From Candidatus Palauibacter scopulicola (GTDB lineage: Bacteria > Gemmatimonadota > Gemmatimonadetes > Palauibacterales > Palauibacteraceae), in NCBI RefSeq assembly GCF_947581915.1, contig NZ_CANPWG010000038.1:89429-153428 (forward strand): 64,000 nucleotides of DNA, written 5' to 3'. Position numbers and translations under genes: made by a program. The notes beneath the pieces were generated by a model. That model made no database searches, was not told where the DNA came from, and saw only the letters and a program-made list of their open reading frames with translations. This document shows, piece by piece, positions 1 through 11,222 of the stretch. Every line of letters begins with the position of its first letter. Position 1 is the stretch's first letter.

Positions 1-468
1 GCCCACGAGTTCATCCTCGACCTGCGTCCGCTCCGGCGGGGGACGGGCGTGACGGACGAGGACGTCGCGAAGCGCCTCATGGACTACGGGTTCCACGCGC
101 CCACGATGTCGTTTCCGGTCGCGGGCACGATCATGATCGAGCCCACGGAGAGCGAGTCGAAGCGGGAACTGGACCGGCTCGTCCACGCCCTCGTCTCGAT
201 CCGCGAGGAGATTCGGCGGATCGCGGAGGGGGCGCTGGATGCGAAGGACAACCCGCTGAAAAATGCGCCCCACACCGCGCAGATGGTCACGGCCGACGCG
301 TGGGACCACGCCTACACGCGGCGGGAAGCCGCGTGGCCCGCGCCTTCGACCCGGGAGTGGAAGTTCTGGCCGCCCGTGCGCCGCGTGAACAACGCGTACG
401 GGGACCGGAACCTCATCTGCGCGTGTCCACCGATCGAGAGCTACGAAAGCGAGACCGCCGGCACATAG
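1..468 (+). CDS. gcvP: Glycine dehydrogenase (decarboxylating), C-terminal portion; 5' end lies outside the window
   Basis: The frame is open from base 1 ([10 protein letters not shown]...) and the C-terminal sequence matches GcvP P-protein ([26 protein letters not shown]). Stop codon at 466-468. Confidence 0.8.
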   Translation, partial: AHEFILDLRPLRRGTGVTDEDVAKRLMDYGFHAPTMSFPVAGTIMIEPTESESKRELDRLVHALVSIREEIRRIAEGALDAKDNPLKNAPHTAQMVTADAWDHAYTRREAAWPAPSTREWKFWPPVRRVNNAYGDRNLICACPPIESYESETAGT

Positions 469-508
469 GAACCGAGGCCGCCGGCTCACAGGAACAGGAG
501 GGAAGCGG

Positions 509-1201
509 ATGGCGCGACTCGTCTTTCACGGCCAGAGCTGCTACGAGATCGAAACGGCGGATGGCACGCGGATCCTCATCGACCCGTTCCTGACCGGGAA
601 TCCCGTGGCGGTCGTCGGACCGGAGCACTTCACGGATCGCCTCGACTATCTCCTGCTCACGCACGGGCACGGCGACCACATCGCGGACGCCTGGGACATC
701 CTCGCGGCGACGGACGCGCAGCTCATCGCCACGTACGAGATCGTGTCGTACGCCGGCGAGGTGCAGGGGCACGCGAACGCCCACCCGATGCACATCGGTG
801 GCGCTCACGAGTTCCCGTTCGGGCGCGTGAAGCTCACGGCGGCCCTCCACGGCGGGAAGATCGACGCGCCGGGCGCGGAGGCGTACACGACAACGCCCGC
901 CGGCATTCTCCTCAACGTGGACGGCACGCGCGTCTACCACGCCGGAGATACGGGGCTCACGCGCGACATGGAGCTTCTCAACGGGGAGGTGGACGTGGCG
1001 CTGGTGCCGATCGGCGACAACTTCACGATGGGCCCGGAGGACGCCGCGCGCGCGATCGAGATGATCGAACCCCGCATCGCCGTTCCGAACCACTACGGCA
1101 CGTGGGAGTTGATCGATGTCGATCCGGCCCGCTTCGTGGACGCCGTGGGCGACACCGCCGAGGTCGTGATCCTCAAGCCCGGAGAGGCTCTGGAGTTGTG
1201 A
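509..1201 (+). CDS. MBL-fold metal-dependent hydrolase (UPF0173-like)
   Basis: HGHGDH metal-binding motif (LLLTHGHGDHIAD) and beta-lactamase-fold architecture, 230 aa. Confidence 0.75.
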   Translation: MARLVFHGQSCYEIETADGTRILIDPFLTGNPVAVVGPEHFTDRLDYLLLTHGHGDHIADAWDILAATDAQLIATYEIVSYAGEVQGHANAHPMHIGGAHEFPFGRVKLTAALHGGKIDAPGAEAYTTTPAGILLNVDGTRVYHAGDTGLTRDMELLNGEVDVALVPIGDNFTMGPEDAARAIEMIEPRIAVPNHYGTWELIDVDPARFVDAVGDTAEVVILKPGEALEL

Positions 1202-1260
1202 CCGCGCGGGGCGCGCGTGCCCGGCCCCGGGGATCGCCGTGCGTCGTACTCCCCTACGCC

Positions 1261-2073
1261 GTGGCGGACGGCGCGCGCAACATGGCCGTGGACGAGGCGA
1301 TGCTCGAACTCGCCGCCGCCGGTTCGACGCTGCTCCGGTTTTATGGCTGGGAGCCCTGGTGCCTGTCGCTGGGGCGGCATCAGCGGGCTCCGGACCGGCT
1401 GCTCGGGCGCTCTCCCGACGACCTCCGCCCCGGTGTGGACGCCGTCCGGCGGCCGACGGGGGGCCGATCCGTCTTTCACGGACCCGAGATCACGTACGCC
1501 TTCGCCTGTCCCGCGCGGGCCTGGGGCGGGCCCCGGGCCGTCCTGCACGCCGTGCACCGCGCCCTGGCCGAAGGGCTGCGCGCCCTGGGCGTCCCGCTCG
1601 ACGAGGTTGGGAGCGACGGTGCGGAGGCGAGTTTCGCGGAGGCGGCCCGCATCTCGGCCGCGAGCTGCTTTCGCGATCCCGCCCCGGGAGAACTCACCGC
1701 GCGCGGCCGCAAGCTCGTGGGCAGCGCCCAGTGCCGCCGCCACGGGGGCCTGCTTCAGCACGGGTCCATCCTCCTCGAAGACCGGCAGCGCCTCGGCGAC
1801 CTCGACGGACGCGAGTTCGGGCCCGATGAGCGCCCCGGGGCCGGGGTCTCCGGCAAGGGGCCCGCAATCGGCCTGAACGAGCTGCTCGACCCCGTGCCCG
1901 GCCGTCACCTCATCGTAGAGTGCCTCGCGGACACCGTGGCCCGCGCGTTCGATACGCCCGCCGTGGACGAGGCGAACGCTTCGGCCGGGATCGCGACCTC
2001 CCCGGTTCTGATCCGCCTTGCGGCCCGCCACGAGCGCGTCCACCGGTCCGGCGCCTGGCTCTGGCGCCGCTAA
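1261..2073 (+). CDS. Lipoate-protein ligase / octanoyltransferase family (BPL/LPL catalytic domain)
   Basis: N-terminus conserved as NMAVDEAMLE...LLRFYGWEP. In-frame GTG at 1261 and ATG at 1282. The long ORF beginning at 1102 overlaps the upstream gene and looks artefactual. The position next to gcvP fits lipoylation of the H-protein. Confidence 0.6.
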   Translation: MADGARNMAVDEAMLELAAAGSTLLRFYGWEPWCLSLGRHQRAPDRLLGRSPDDLRPGVDAVRRPTGGRSVFHGPEITYAFACPARAWGGPRAVLHAVHRALAEGLRALGVPLDEVGSDGAEASFAEAARISAASCFRDPAPGELTARGRKLVGSAQCRRHGGLLQHGSILLEDRQRLGDLDGREFGPDERPGAGVSGKGPAIGLNELLDPVPGRHLIVECLADTVARAFDTPAVDEANASAGIATSPVLIRLAARHERVHRSGAWLWRR

Positions 2074-2204
2074 CGGTCCCGCTCCGACGCTTGACGGTCC
2101 CGCAGACCGCTTCTAGCTTGGTTCCGCTCGTACTCGGGCGCATCCGCGCCGGACGTGGCGAGTCAGCCGATCGATGAACCTTACCGCTTACCGGGAGGAC
2201 CACC

Positions 2205-2879
2205 TTGATAGCGTCCACACTCTGGTTGCAGGAGACACTGACGCTGGGTGAGGGTCAGTCGCTCAATCTGGTGGAGATCTGGGATGCCGGGGGTTGGATG
2301 ATGTGGCCGCTGGGGGCGGCGCTCGCCATTGGGATTCTCATCATCCTCTGGAAGCTCGTCGACCTGCAGTTGAAGGGCGGCAAGAACAAGACCGTTCTCC
2401 GGGAAGCCGACGAACAGATCGCCGCCGGCAACCTCGATGAAGCGCTCGAAGTCTGCACCGAGTCCGGCGCTCCGGCGGGGAACGTCCTCAGCGCGGGGCT
2501 CTCGCGCTACAACGAAGGGACCGACCGCGCGACGCAGGCGGTGGAGAACGCCGGCGCGATCGAAGTCGCGGGGCTCGAGAAGGGCCTCGTGTGGCTGGCG
2601 ACGCTGTCGAACGTCGCTCCGCTCCTCGGCTTCCTCGGGACCGTGATCGGGATGATCATGGCTTTCCAGGCCATCGAGATCGCGGGCGAGGTGGAAGCCA
2701 CGCTGGTCGCCGGCGGGATCAAGGTCGCGCTCATCACCACCGCCACGGGTCTCACGATCGCGATTCCGATCAACATCTTCCACAACTACTTCGTGACGAA
2801 GATCGACCGCCTCGTCATCGACATGGAAGAGAGTGCCCAGCGCCTCATCGACGCGCTGCACGCGCGCGCGGTCGGCTAG
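2205..2879 (+). CDS. MotA/TolQ/ExbB family proton-channel protein
   Basis: TTG start 7 nt after GGGAGGA. C-terminal TM region is typical of ExbB/TolQ (LGFLGTVIGMIMAF...ITTATGL). No ExbD/TolR partner adjacent. Confidence 0.75.
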   Translation: MIASTLWLQETLTLGEGQSLNLVEIWDAGGWMMWPLGAALAIGILIILWKLVDLQLKGGKNKTVLREADEQIAAGNLDEALEVCTESGAPAGNVLSAGLSRYNEGTDRATQAVENAGAIEVAGLEKGLVWLATLSNVAPLLGFLGTVIGMIMAFQAIEIAGEVEATLVAGGIKVALITTATGLTIAIPINIFHNYFVTKIDRLVIDMEESAQRLIDALHARAVG

Positions 2880-2935
2880 AAGAAGGGAAGCCGGTCGCCG
2901 GGGCGTCCCCGGCGCGCACAAGGGATTCCGAACAA

Positions 2936-2966
2936 GCGGCCCGCCATCCCGGCGGGCCGTTTTTCG
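2936..2966 (+). terminator. Rho-independent terminator after the ExbB-like gene
   Basis: 9-bp GC stem (cggcccgcc / ggcgggccg) with a 5-nt loop, followed by TTTTT. Confidence 0.55.
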
Positions 2967-3089
2967 TTCGGAGGCCCGGGCCCTCGGCTTGCATCGAGGG
3001 CACCGGAGCATCGAAGTTCGGTGTCGGGCCACGGGCTGCCACGGCCCGAAGTGAATGGGGTGGGGACGACGTGGGAAGGAGGCCTTCCT

Positions 3090-5474
3090 GTGCATGTTCA
3101 GCGGCGAATCCGGCGCCTCGTGCGCATCCACGGGCTGCGCGCTCCCTGGCTGGGGTCGCTACTGACGCTGGCCTTGACGTCCGCGCTCGCCGCGCAGGCC
3201 GGGAGCGCGGCGCGCGCCCCCGGCCCCGGACAGGTCGCGGCGATGTCGGCAGACGCCGATGTGCTGGAACGGGCGCGGCGCCTTCTCGAAGCCCGGATGC
3301 CGGTCTCGGCATCGGCTCTCCTGGCGCCCGCGCTGGCCGCGGGCGAGGTGGAGGGTGACGAGGCCGTGTTGCTGGCGGCGCGGGCCTTCGCGGATCAGCG
3401 GGCATGGGCCTCCGTGCTGGACCTCCTCTCGGAGCGCGAAAGCTGGCCACCGTCCGCGCCGTCGCAGGCGACGGTCCTCCTGGCGCGGGCGTACGCGGGG
3501 CTCGACAGCCTGACCCGTTCCGCGGCGCACTACCGCGCGTATCTGAGCGGGATCGACGGGACCCCGCCGCTTCGCGCGCGCGTCGAGTTCGCCCGCGTGT
3601 CCTACCGGCGCTACCAGTGGTACGAAGCGCGGGACCAGCTCGCGCTCGCCGAGGGCGAACACCCGGAACTCGCTTCGTGGTTGCGGCTCTCGCGCCTCTA
3701 CGCCCTGGCGGAGGCCGAGGACCGGGACGCCTTCGCCCTCGCCGACTCGATCGTGCGCGAGGCCCGCGTTCCGGCGGATTCCGCGCGCCTCCCCGCAGCC
3801 CGCCTGGCCTTCAAGCTCGAGGATCCGGAACGTGGGGCCGCGCTCGCGAGCCGCGCCGGCCAAGGCGTCCGGAACGTCCTCGCCGCCCGGCACCTCGGAC
3901 CGCACTACCTGGCGGTCGGGGATTCCGCCTCGGCCGCGTCGGCCTTCGCGGATGCGATCAGGAGAGGCCTCCAGACGCCGGAGACGGGACCCGCGCTCCT
4001 CGCGCTCACCAGGTCCTGGCGGACGCTGCGCGATGTCGGGCGCTCCGACACCCGCGCAGGACGTCACTCCCGCGGCGCCGGCTATCTGGCGGAGGCGCTG
4101 GAGCTCGCACCGGCGGCCGAACGCCCGGGCATCGCCGAATCCCTCGCGTCGGCGTACATGGCGCTGGGCGCTCCCGCGCGGGCGGCCGAGGCGCTGGCCC
4201 CGTGGACCGGGGACCCCGCTTCCGTCGCCGCGCCCCGGGCGTCGCTGTGGATGCTCGCCGCCAGCATCTACCGTGCGCTCGGTCGCCACGGCGACGCCGA
4301 CGAGGCTCGCGAGACGGCCGCCCGCGGCTCCGGGGATGTCGCCGCCCGCGCCGCCTACCTCATCGCGGACCTCGAGCACGATGCCGGCCGCCCCGACATC
4401 GCCGCGGAGGGCTTCGAGCGCTCCTACCGCGCGTTCCCGGACGCGAGCTACGGGACGCGGTCGCTGGAACGGCTCGCGCTGCTCGCGTACCACGAGGGCC
4501 GTTACGAGGAGGCGCGGATGCTCCTGGCCGAATACCGTGAGCGCTACCCGGAGGGCGAGTGGGTCCAGGGAGCGATCTACTGGGGTGGCAAGGTCGCGGA
4601 GGCGCTGGGCGACACCCAGGGCGCGAGCGCGTTCTACGCCCGCGCCCTCAGGTACAGCCCGCTCGACTACTACGCGATCCTCGCGGAGCCCCGCACCGGC
4701 ACGGATCGCCTGGCCGCGGTCGGAATCGGGGACGGCGAGCCGCTGCCCGACCTCGATCCCATCCACGCCACGGCGCTCCGGCGCATGAACGTGCTGCGAG
4801 AGGTGGGATGGCCCGAGCGCGCGCGCCGGGAATACCGCCGCGCCAGCGAGCGCGGCCCGGGGACCTACGGCGCCATCCTTGCCTTCGCCCACGCCCTGAA
4901 CGACGCGGAATGGACGCGGGAGGGAATCCGCGAGGGCTGGCGCGCGCAGTCGATTCGCGGCCGCTGGACCCGCCCGCTCCTCGAAGCGATCTATCCGCTG
5001 CCCTTCCGCGAGGCCCTCGTCGCCGCGGCCGAGCGGAACGGACTCCCGCCGCACTTCGTCGCCGGACTCTCGCGTCGCGAGTCGATGTTCGACCCGGAGA
5101 TCCGTTCCGTCGCCAATGCCATCGGTCTCATGCAGCTCCTGCCCGAGACGGCCCGCAACGTCTCCTCCCGCGCCGGACTCGCAGGCTATCGGCGTCACCA
5201 GCTCACGGTCCCGCAGGTCAACCTGATGCTAGGGACCCGGTACCTGTCGGAAGTCCTCGGCCGCTTCGACGGCTTCGATATCGCGGGGATGATCTCCTAC
5301 AACGCCGGCCCCCACCGATACACGCGCTGGCGCGACTTTCCCGAGTTCGCGGACGACGAAAAACTGGTCGAGCGGATCCCCTACCGGGAGACGCGCGAGT
5401 ACGTCCGGGCGGTCACGGAACTGGCCGAAATCTACCGTTTCCTGTACCCGGACCTGGGCGTCCCGAACCCCTGA
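3090..5474 (+). CDS. Soluble lytic murein transglycosylase (Slt-like: superhelical N-domain plus C-terminal SLT domain)
   Basis: GTG at 3090 preceded by GGAAGGAGG. Signal peptide ([17 protein letters not shown]). C-terminal SLT motifs ([30 protein letters not shown]...ISYNAG). Confidence 0.75.
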   Translation: MHVQRRIRRLVRIHGLRAPWLGSLLTLALTSALAAQAGSAARAPGPGQVAAMSADADVLERARRLLEARMPVSASALLAPALAAGEVEGDEAVLLAARAFADQRAWASVLDLLSERESWPPSAPSQATVLLARAYAGLDSLTRSAAHYRAYLSGIDGTPPLRARVEFARVSYRRYQWYEARDQLALAEGEHPELASWLRLSRLYALAEAEDRDAFALADSIVREARVPADSARLPAARLAFKLEDPERGAALASRAGQGVRNVLAARHLGPHYLAVGDSASAASAFADAIRRGLQTPETGPALLALTRSWRTLRDVGRSDTRAGRHSRGAGYLAEALELAPAAERPGIAESLASAYMALGAPARAAEALAPWTGDPASVAAPRASLWMLAASIYRALGRHGDADEARETAARGSGDVAARAAYLIADLEHDAGRPDIAAEGFERSYRAFPDASYGTRSLERLALLAYHEGRYEEARMLLAEYRERYPEGEWVQGAIYWGGKVAEALGDTQGASAFYARALRYSPLDYYAILAEPRTGTDRLAAVGIGDGEPLPDLDPIHATALRRMNVLREVGWPERARREYRRASERGPGTYGAILAFAHALNDAEWTREGIREGWRAQSIRGRWTRPLLEAIYPLPFREALVAAAERNGLPPHFVAGLSRRESMFDPEIRSVANAIGLMQLLPETARNVSSRAGLAGYRRHQLTVPQVNLMLGTRYLSEVLGRFDGFDIAGMISYNAGPHRYTRWRDFPEFADDEKLVERIPYRETREYVRAVTELAEIYRFLYPDLGVPNP

Positions 5475-5619
5475 ACCGGTCGTTCCGGACGGCGTGTTGA
5501 CGGGTCGAAATGGCCCCCGTAGCATAGCAACGTCTCGTGTCCGGCGGCGCGAAAAACGACGCACAACCAGCTGCGCGGAGCGCCCGCAACACCCATCACC
5601 GAGGTACGCAGGAGGCAGG

Positions 5620-5826
5620 ATGCCATCAGGTACGGTCAAGTGGTTCAACGACTCCAAGGGGTACGGTTTCATCGAGCAGCCCGACGGCGGCGATGACGTC
5701 TTCGTGCACTACTCGTCCATCGACATGGACGGGTACAAGACGCTCGTCGAAGGGATGGCGGTGGACTTCGAGTTCACGCAGGGCGACAAGGGCCTGCACG
5801 CGACCCGCGTCGTGCGCACCGCCTGA
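5620..5826 (+). CDS. cspA: Cold-shock protein (CspA family)
   Basis: [18 protein letters not shown]...VFVHYS, 68 aa. GGAGG 5 nt upstream of the ATG. Confidence 0.9.
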   Translation: MPSGTVKWFNDSKGYGFIEQPDGGDDVFVHYSSIDMDGYKTLVEGMAVDFEFTQGDKGLHATRVVRTA

Positions 5827-5852
5827 CCGGAGGCCGTAGCCGGAGCTTCACG

Positions 5853-5883
5853 CGCCCCGCCCCTCGCGGCGGGGCGTTTTTTT
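5853..5883 (+). terminator. Rho-independent terminator after the csp gene
   Basis: Perfect 9-bp stem (cgccccgcc / ggcggggcg) with a 6-nt loop and a T7 run. Confidence 0.7.
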
Positions 5884-5963
5884 GTCGCCGGGCTTTGCCG
5901 CGGACGGCCCCAGGGACATACTGGATGCCATGTTGACCCTCCCCGCCGGCCCGTGAACGCCGT

Positions 5964-8771
5964 GTGGCAGCGCCACGCGTGGTGAAACCCCCGCAGTCCG
6001 CCGGTCCGTCGCTGTTCCTGCTCGACGGCTACGCGCTCATCTACCGCGCGTTCTTCGCCATGATCAACCGCCCGCTCACCACCTCGAGCGGCGAAAACAC
6101 GTCCGCCCCCTACGGCATCGCCCGCTTCCTCATGCGGCTGATCGCCGATCACGCCCCCGACTATCTCGGCGTCGCGTTCGATGCCGGCGACAGCTTCCGC
6201 ACCGACATCTACCCGGAGTACAAGGCCACGCGGGAGAAGATGCCCGACGAACTCCGGGCATCCCTCCCCCGCTGCCGGGAGATCTTCGCCGCCTTTCGGG
6301 TGCCCGTCATCGAGGCGGACGGGTGGGAGGCGGACGACGTGATCGGGACCCTCGCGCAGCAAGCCGCGGGCCAGGGTCTGCGCACCGTCATCGTCTCCGG
6401 AGACAAGGACTTCCACCAGCTCGTGGACGAACGCACCGCGTTGCTCAATCCGGGCCGCGGCGGACCCGCCGGAGTCGACCAGGTGTGGGTGACGCCCGCC
6501 AACGCCGAGGAACGGTTCGGCGTGCCCCCGGAGCGCGTGACCGATTTCCTCGCGCTGCTAGGCGACTCGTCCGACAACGTCCCCGGCGTCCCCGGCATCG
6601 GAAAGAAGATCGCGCCCGCCCTCATCCGGGAGTTCGGCGATCTGGAGTCCATCCTGGCGCGGGTGGAGGAAATCACGGCGGCTCGGGCTCGAAACGCGCT
6701 TCTCAAGCACGCCGAGGACGCTCGGCGCTCCCGGCGGTTGGTGACGATCCGCACCGACGCGCCCGTGAGCCTCGATCTGGAGGGCCTCCGGTCGCGACCG
6801 CTCGACGCCGGGAAAGCCGCGTCCGTATTCCGCGACCTGGAGTTCCACAACCTGCTGAGGGAGCTGGAGGCTCCGGCGACCGAGGCCGAGCGCTTCGCCG
6901 CGGAGGTGGTCGTGGTGGCCGACGCCGATCGGCTGGCCGCCGTGCTGGCCGAGTGCTCCCGAGCTGCGCGCATCGGACTCTTCGTCGCGGGCAGCTCCGA
7001 AGATCCGCTCGCCGCGGACCTCGTCGGCCTCGCGCTCGCCGCCTCCGAGGAGCGCGCCTTCTACCTGCCCCTTGGGCACCGGGCCCCGGAAGTCCAGCAC
7101 GACGCGGCGGGGAACCCCACGCTCGCCTTCGATGCGGGAGAGCCCGTGGGCCTGCCGGAGCTGATGTCGTCCGACATGCGAGGCCTGCGCGACCTGCTGG
7201 CCTCGGACACGCCGAAACTCGGGCACGATCTCAAGTACGCCGCCCAACTCCTGCGCCGGCACGAGGTCGAGTTGGGGGGCCTCGACGACGACGGTGCGTT
7301 CGACACGCAGATCTCCTCCTACTGTCTGGATCCGGCCCGTCGCGACCGCGCCCTCGCCACCCTCGCACCCGACCGGCTCGGCGTCGGCCTCGAGACGGGC
7401 GACGCCATCACGGGCACCGGACGGAACCGTCTTCCGCTGGCATCGATCGAGCCCGAGCGGGTCGCCGAGTGGGCCGGGCCGCGCGCCGCCCTCCTGCACC
7501 GGCTCGCGAAGGTCGACGAGGCCGACCTCGTCCGCACGGGCATGGGCCGCCTCTTCCGCGAGGTGGAGATGCCGCTCGTCACGGTGCTCGCGAGCATGGA
7601 GCGGGCCGGCATTGCGATCGACCTCGACTTCTTCGACGATTTGCAGGGGCGTCTGCGCGGCGATCTCGACGCCGTGCGCTCGGAGATCCACAAGATCGCC
7701 GGGACCGAGGTCAACCTCCGTTCCGTCCCGCAGATGCGGGAGCTGCTCTTCGACCGGCTCGCGCTGCCCGTCCTCAAGAAGACGAAGACCGGCCCCTCAA
7801 CGGACGAGTCCGTGCTCGAGCAACTGGCGACCATGGGCCACGAACTCCCCCGCCTCATCCTCGAACACCGGGAGCTCGACAAGCTGGACGGCACGTACGT
7901 GAGCGTGCTCCCGCGGCTCATTGACGACCGGGGACGCATCCACACGCGCTTCAACCAGACCATCGCCGCGACCGGCCGACTCTCCTCCTCGGATCCGAAC
8001 CTCCAGAACATTCCGATCCGGCGGGCGCTGGGACGCGAGATCCGGAAGGGGTTCGTCGCCGCACCGGGCCACCTGTTCACGGGAGCGGACTACTCGCAGA
8101 TCGAACTCCGCGTCATGGCCCATCTCTCCGGGGACGAGGCGTTCGTGGAAGCGTTCCGCGCGGAGCGCGACATCCACCGCGAGACCGCGGCCCGGATCTT
8201 CGGGGTCGAGCCGGATGACGTCACGCCGACCATGCGCGAGCAGGCGAAGACGATCAACTTCGCGACCATCTACGGCCAGGGCCCGTTCGCGCTCGCGCAG
8301 CAGCTCGGCATCTCGCGGGGGCAGGCGAGCGAGTTCATCGCCGGATACTTCGAGAGGTTCGCGGGCGTCGCGGCGTACCTCGAGGAGATGAAGGAGTTGG
8401 CGCGGGAGCGGAACTACGTCGAGACGCTGTTCGGGCGCCGCCGCTACATCCCCGAGATCCGGTCGAGGAACCCCGGGATCCGCGGCTACGGCGAGCGGAC
8501 CGCGACGAACTCCCCGATCCAGGGATCGGCGGCGGACCTCATCAAGGTGTCGATGATCCGGCTGCACGAACGTCTCGCGGGGACCGGGTCCCGCATGCTG
8601 CTCCAGGTGCACGACGAGTTGCTCATCGAGGCCCCGGAGTCCGATGTTGAATCGATCGGCCGGGTCGTGCGCGAGGAGATGGAGGGGGCCATCGAGCTGA
8701 CCGTCCCCCTGCGCGTCGATCTCGGGATCGGCCGCAGCTGGTACGACTGCAAATTCGGGAAGGGACCGTGA
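5964..8771 (+). CDS. polA: DNA polymerase I
   Basis: 935 aa. 5'-3' exonuclease N-terminus (LLDGYALIYRAFFA), Klenow polymerase motifs (RRxAKTINFGxIYG, QVHDEL). Confidence 0.9.
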   Translation: MAAPRVVKPPQSAGPSLFLLDGYALIYRAFFAMINRPLTTSSGENTSAPYGIARFLMRLIADHAPDYLGVAFDAGDSFRTDIYPEYKATREKMPDELRASLPRCREIFAAFRVPVIEADGWEADDVIGTLAQQAAGQGLRTVIVSGDKDFHQLVDERTALLNPGRGGPAGVDQVWVTPANAEERFGVPPERVTDFLALLGDSSDNVPGVPGIGKKIAPALIREFGDLESILARVEEITAARARNALLKHAEDARRSRRLVTIRTDAPVSLDLEGLRSRPLDAGKAASVFRDLEFHNLLRELEAPATEAERFAAEVVVVADADRLAAVLAECSRAARIGLFVAGSSEDPLAADLVGLALAASEERAFYLPLGHRAPEVQHDAAGNPTLAFDAGEPVGLPELMSSDMRGLRDLLASDTPKLGHDLKYAAQLLRRHEVELGGLDDDGAFDTQISSYCLDPARRDRALATLAPDRLGVGLETGDAITGTGRNRLPLASIEPERVAEWAGPRAALLHRLAKVDEADLVRTGMGRLFREVEMPLVTVLASMERAGIAIDLDFFDDLQGRLRGDLDAVRSEIHKIAGTEVNLRSVPQMRELLFDRLALPVLKKTKTGPSTDESVLEQLATMGHELPRLILEHRELDKLDGTYVSVLPRLIDDRGRIHTRFNQTIAATGRLSSSDPNLQNIPIRRALGREIRKGFVAAPGHLFTGADYSQIELRVMAHLSGDEAFVEAFRAERDIHRETAARIFGVEPDDVTPTMREQAKTINFATIYGQGPFALAQQLGISRGQASEFIAGYFERFAGVAAYLEEMKELARERNYVETLFGRRRYIPEIRSRNPGIRGYGERTATNSPIQGSAADLIKVSMIRLHERLAGTGSRMLLQVHDELLIEAPESDVESIGRVVREEMEGAIELTVPLRVDLGIGRSWYDCKFGKGP

Positions 8772-10030
8772 ACGCAGCCCGGACCGTCCTCATCGCCTGG
8801 ACATTGTGTGTGCTCACGTGTGCGCTCGCGTGCGCGCCGCCGCCCACGCCCGACAGTTCCGTGCCGGAAGGGGCTGCGGACGGCTCCCCCCAGGCGATCG
8901 TGGAGTCCTCGCTGCTGCCCACCTTCACGGTTCGGGGCGAGCCGGTCGTGCGGTCCTCGCTCGCCGACCGCATGGCCGAACTGGGTGTGCCCGGCGTGAG
9001 CGTCGCCGTCCTGGTCGACGGCGAGATCGCCTGGGCTCGCGGCTACGGGCTCGCCGACGTCGAATCGGGCCGCCCCGTGACGCCGAACACGCTCTTCCAG
9101 GCGGCCTCCATCTCCAAGCCCGTGGCCGCGCTCGCCGCGCTGCGGCTTGTCGAATCGGGCCGCGTTGACCTCGATGGCGACGTCAACGCCCACCTCACGA
9201 GCTGGCAGGTGCCCGACAACGAGTTCACGGAGCAGGCGCCCGTCACCCTGCGGGGGCTCCTCACGCACCGGGCCGGCCTCACCGTGTGGGGCTTCCCGGG
9301 CTACGGGCCGGCCGAGGAGGCGCCGGACGGGCCGGGCGTCCTCGACGGGCGCGGCAACACGGACCCCGTGCGCGTCTACAAGGCGCCGGGGGAGAGCTGG
9401 CGCTACTCCGGGGGCGGCTACACCGTGATGCAGCAACTCGTGGCGGACGTCCGCGGCGCACCGTTCGCCGAGGTCATGCGCGAGGAGGTGCTCGACCCGA
9501 TCGGCATGACGCGCTCGACGTACGAGCAGCCGATTCCCCCCGAGCGCCAGGACGACATCGCGACGGGCTACCGGCCGAACGGCGACCGGGTTCCCGGCGG
9601 GTGGCATACTTATCCGGAACAGGCGGCCGCCGGACTGTGGACGACGCCGAGCGAACTCGCGCTCTACGCCCGGGAGATGCAGCGTGCCTGGAAGGGCGAG
9701 TCGACCCGCGTGCTGGGAGAAGCGCTCGCGCGAGAGATGCTGACGCCCGACGCCGACGACTGGGGACTGGGCCCGGCGATCTCGGAGGATGGCGAACGCT
9801 TTCGGCACGGCGGCTCGAACCAGGGCTTCCGCTGCACGTTCGCGGCGTACATCGACGGCGACGACGGCGTCTTCGTGATGACGAACTCCGACTCGGGGAG
9901 CGAGCTCGCGGCGGAGATCGCGATCACGGTGGCGGACGCATACGGCTGGTCCGGACCCCGCGCCGCAGAGAGGGCGCCGGGCGAGGAAGGCACAGGAGCA
10001 GGCACAGAAGCAGGCACAGAAAGGGAGTAG
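8768..10030 (+). CDS. Serine hydrolase, beta-lactamase/PBP family lipoprotein
   Basis: GTG start overlaps the polA stop (GTGA). Lipobox (ALACAPP). Active-site motif SISK (QAASISKP). Confidence 0.75.
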   Translation: MNAARTVLIAWTLCVLTCALACAPPPTPDSSVPEGAADGSPQAIVESSLLPTFTVRGEPVVRSSLADRMAELGVPGVSVAVLVDGEIAWARGYGLADVESGRPVTPNTLFQAASISKPVAALAALRLVESGRVDLDGDVNAHLTSWQVPDNEFTEQAPVTLRGLLTHRAGLTVWGFPGYGPAEEAPDGPGVLDGRGNTDPVRVYKAPGESWRYSGGGYTVMQQLVADVRGAPFAEVMREEVLDPIGMTRSTYEQPIPPERQDDIATGYRPNGDRVPGGWHTYPEQAAAGLWTTPSELALYAREMQRAWKGESTRVLGEALAREMLTPDADDWGLGPAISEDGERFRHGGSNQGFRCTFAAYIDGDDGVFVMTNSDSGSELAAEIAITVADAYGWSGPRAAERAPGEEGTGAGTEAGTERE

Positions 10031-10036
10031 ATCACG

Positions 10037-11158
10037 ATGGCGTGGAACCAGACCCGACGAGAGTTCATGAAGACATCCGCCCGGGCCGGCGGGGCGCTCG
10101 GCGTACTCGGCGCCTTCGGGTCGGCCGCCTGCGCGGGGAGCGAGGGCGGCCCGCTCCGCATCCTCATCCTCGGCGGCACCCGCTTCATCGGTCCGCACCA
10201 GGTCAAGTACGCGCTCGACCGGGGCCACGAGGTGTCGATCTTCACGCGCGGGCAGACCGAGCCGCCCTTCTACCAGGACTACTTCGCGCGCGTGGAGCAC
10301 CTGATCGGCGACCGGACGAGCGATCTGTCGGCCCTCGAGGGCCGGGAGTGGGATGCGGTGATCGACAACTCCGCCTCCTACCCGAGCTGGGTCGCATCGA
10401 CGACCGAGCTCCTGCGCGACCAGGTCGACCGCTACCTCTTCGTCTCCTCCATCTCCGCCTACGCGGACTTCGCCCAGGTCGGGATCGACGAGGACTATCA
10501 CGTCGGCCAGTTGTCGCCCGACGAGGCCGAGGACGACGGAGGCTACGGGCCCAGGAAGGCGCGCTGCGAGCAGTACGCGCGCGACGCCTTCGGCGAGAAC
10601 GCGATCAATGTGCGCCCGGGGCTCATCGTCGGGCCCGGCGATAACACGGACCGCTGGACGTATTGGCCGGTCCGCGTCGACCGCGGAGGGGAGGTGCTCG
10701 CCCCCAACACCCCCGCCGACCCGGTGCAGAACGTTGACGCGCGCGACCTCTCCGAGTGGATCGTGCGCCTCGTCGAGGGCCCCGGGAACGGAGGCACGTA
10801 CAACGCCACGGGCGAGGTGCAGCAGTTCGGCGCCATGCTGGAGGAGATCCGCGCCGCGCTCGGCTCCAACGCCACGTTCACCTGGGTGTCGACCGAGTTC
10901 ATGCAGGAGCACGAGGTGGCGCCCTGGGGCCACATGACGAACTGGACGCCGCCCGAAGGGGAAACGGTCGGCATGAACCAGGTTTCCGTCGCTGCCGCCG
11001 TGCAGGCCGGGCTCACCTTCCGCCCGCTCGCCGACACCGCCCGCGACACGGTCGAGTGGTGGAACTCGCTCCCCGAGGATCGCCGCGCCGAACCCCGGGC
11101 CGGCCTCCCCGCCGAGATGGAAGCCGAGGTCCTCGCCGCCTGGCACGCCGGCGCCTGA
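10037..11158 (+). CDS. NAD(P)-dependent epimerase/dehydratase-family oxidoreductase with Tat signal
   Basis: Tat motif TRREFMK. Rossmann motif ILILGGTRFIGPH. Confidence 0.7.
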   Translation: MAWNQTRREFMKTSARAGGALGVLGAFGSAACAGSEGGPLRILILGGTRFIGPHQVKYALDRGHEVSIFTRGQTEPPFYQDYFARVEHLIGDRTSDLSALEGREWDAVIDNSASYPSWVASTTELLRDQVDRYLFVSSISAYADFAQVGIDEDYHVGQLSPDEAEDDGGYGPRKARCEQYARDAFGENAINVRPGLIVGPGDNTDRWTYWPVRVDRGGEVLAPNTPADPVQNVDARDLSEWIVRLVEGPGNGGTYNATGEVQQFGAMLEEIRAALGSNATFTWVSTEFMQEHEVAPWGHMTNWTPPEGETVGMNQVSVAAAVQAGLTFRPLADTARDTVEWWNSLPEDRRAEPRAGLPAEMEAEVLAAWHAGA

Positions 11159-11222
11159 GTCGCCGCCGGCTTCTCGCCGGGAAACCGGAACCTTCGGCGG
11201 ACTCGATCGGATAAAAGCCACC

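Noticed and set aside
1102-1260. 5' extension of the lipoate-ligase ORF overlapping the MBL hydrolase gene by 100 nt
   Set aside because: The extension encodes an Arg/Gly-rich peptide (RGRRGRHRRGRD) with no homology. The conserved N-terminus begins near 1261-1282.
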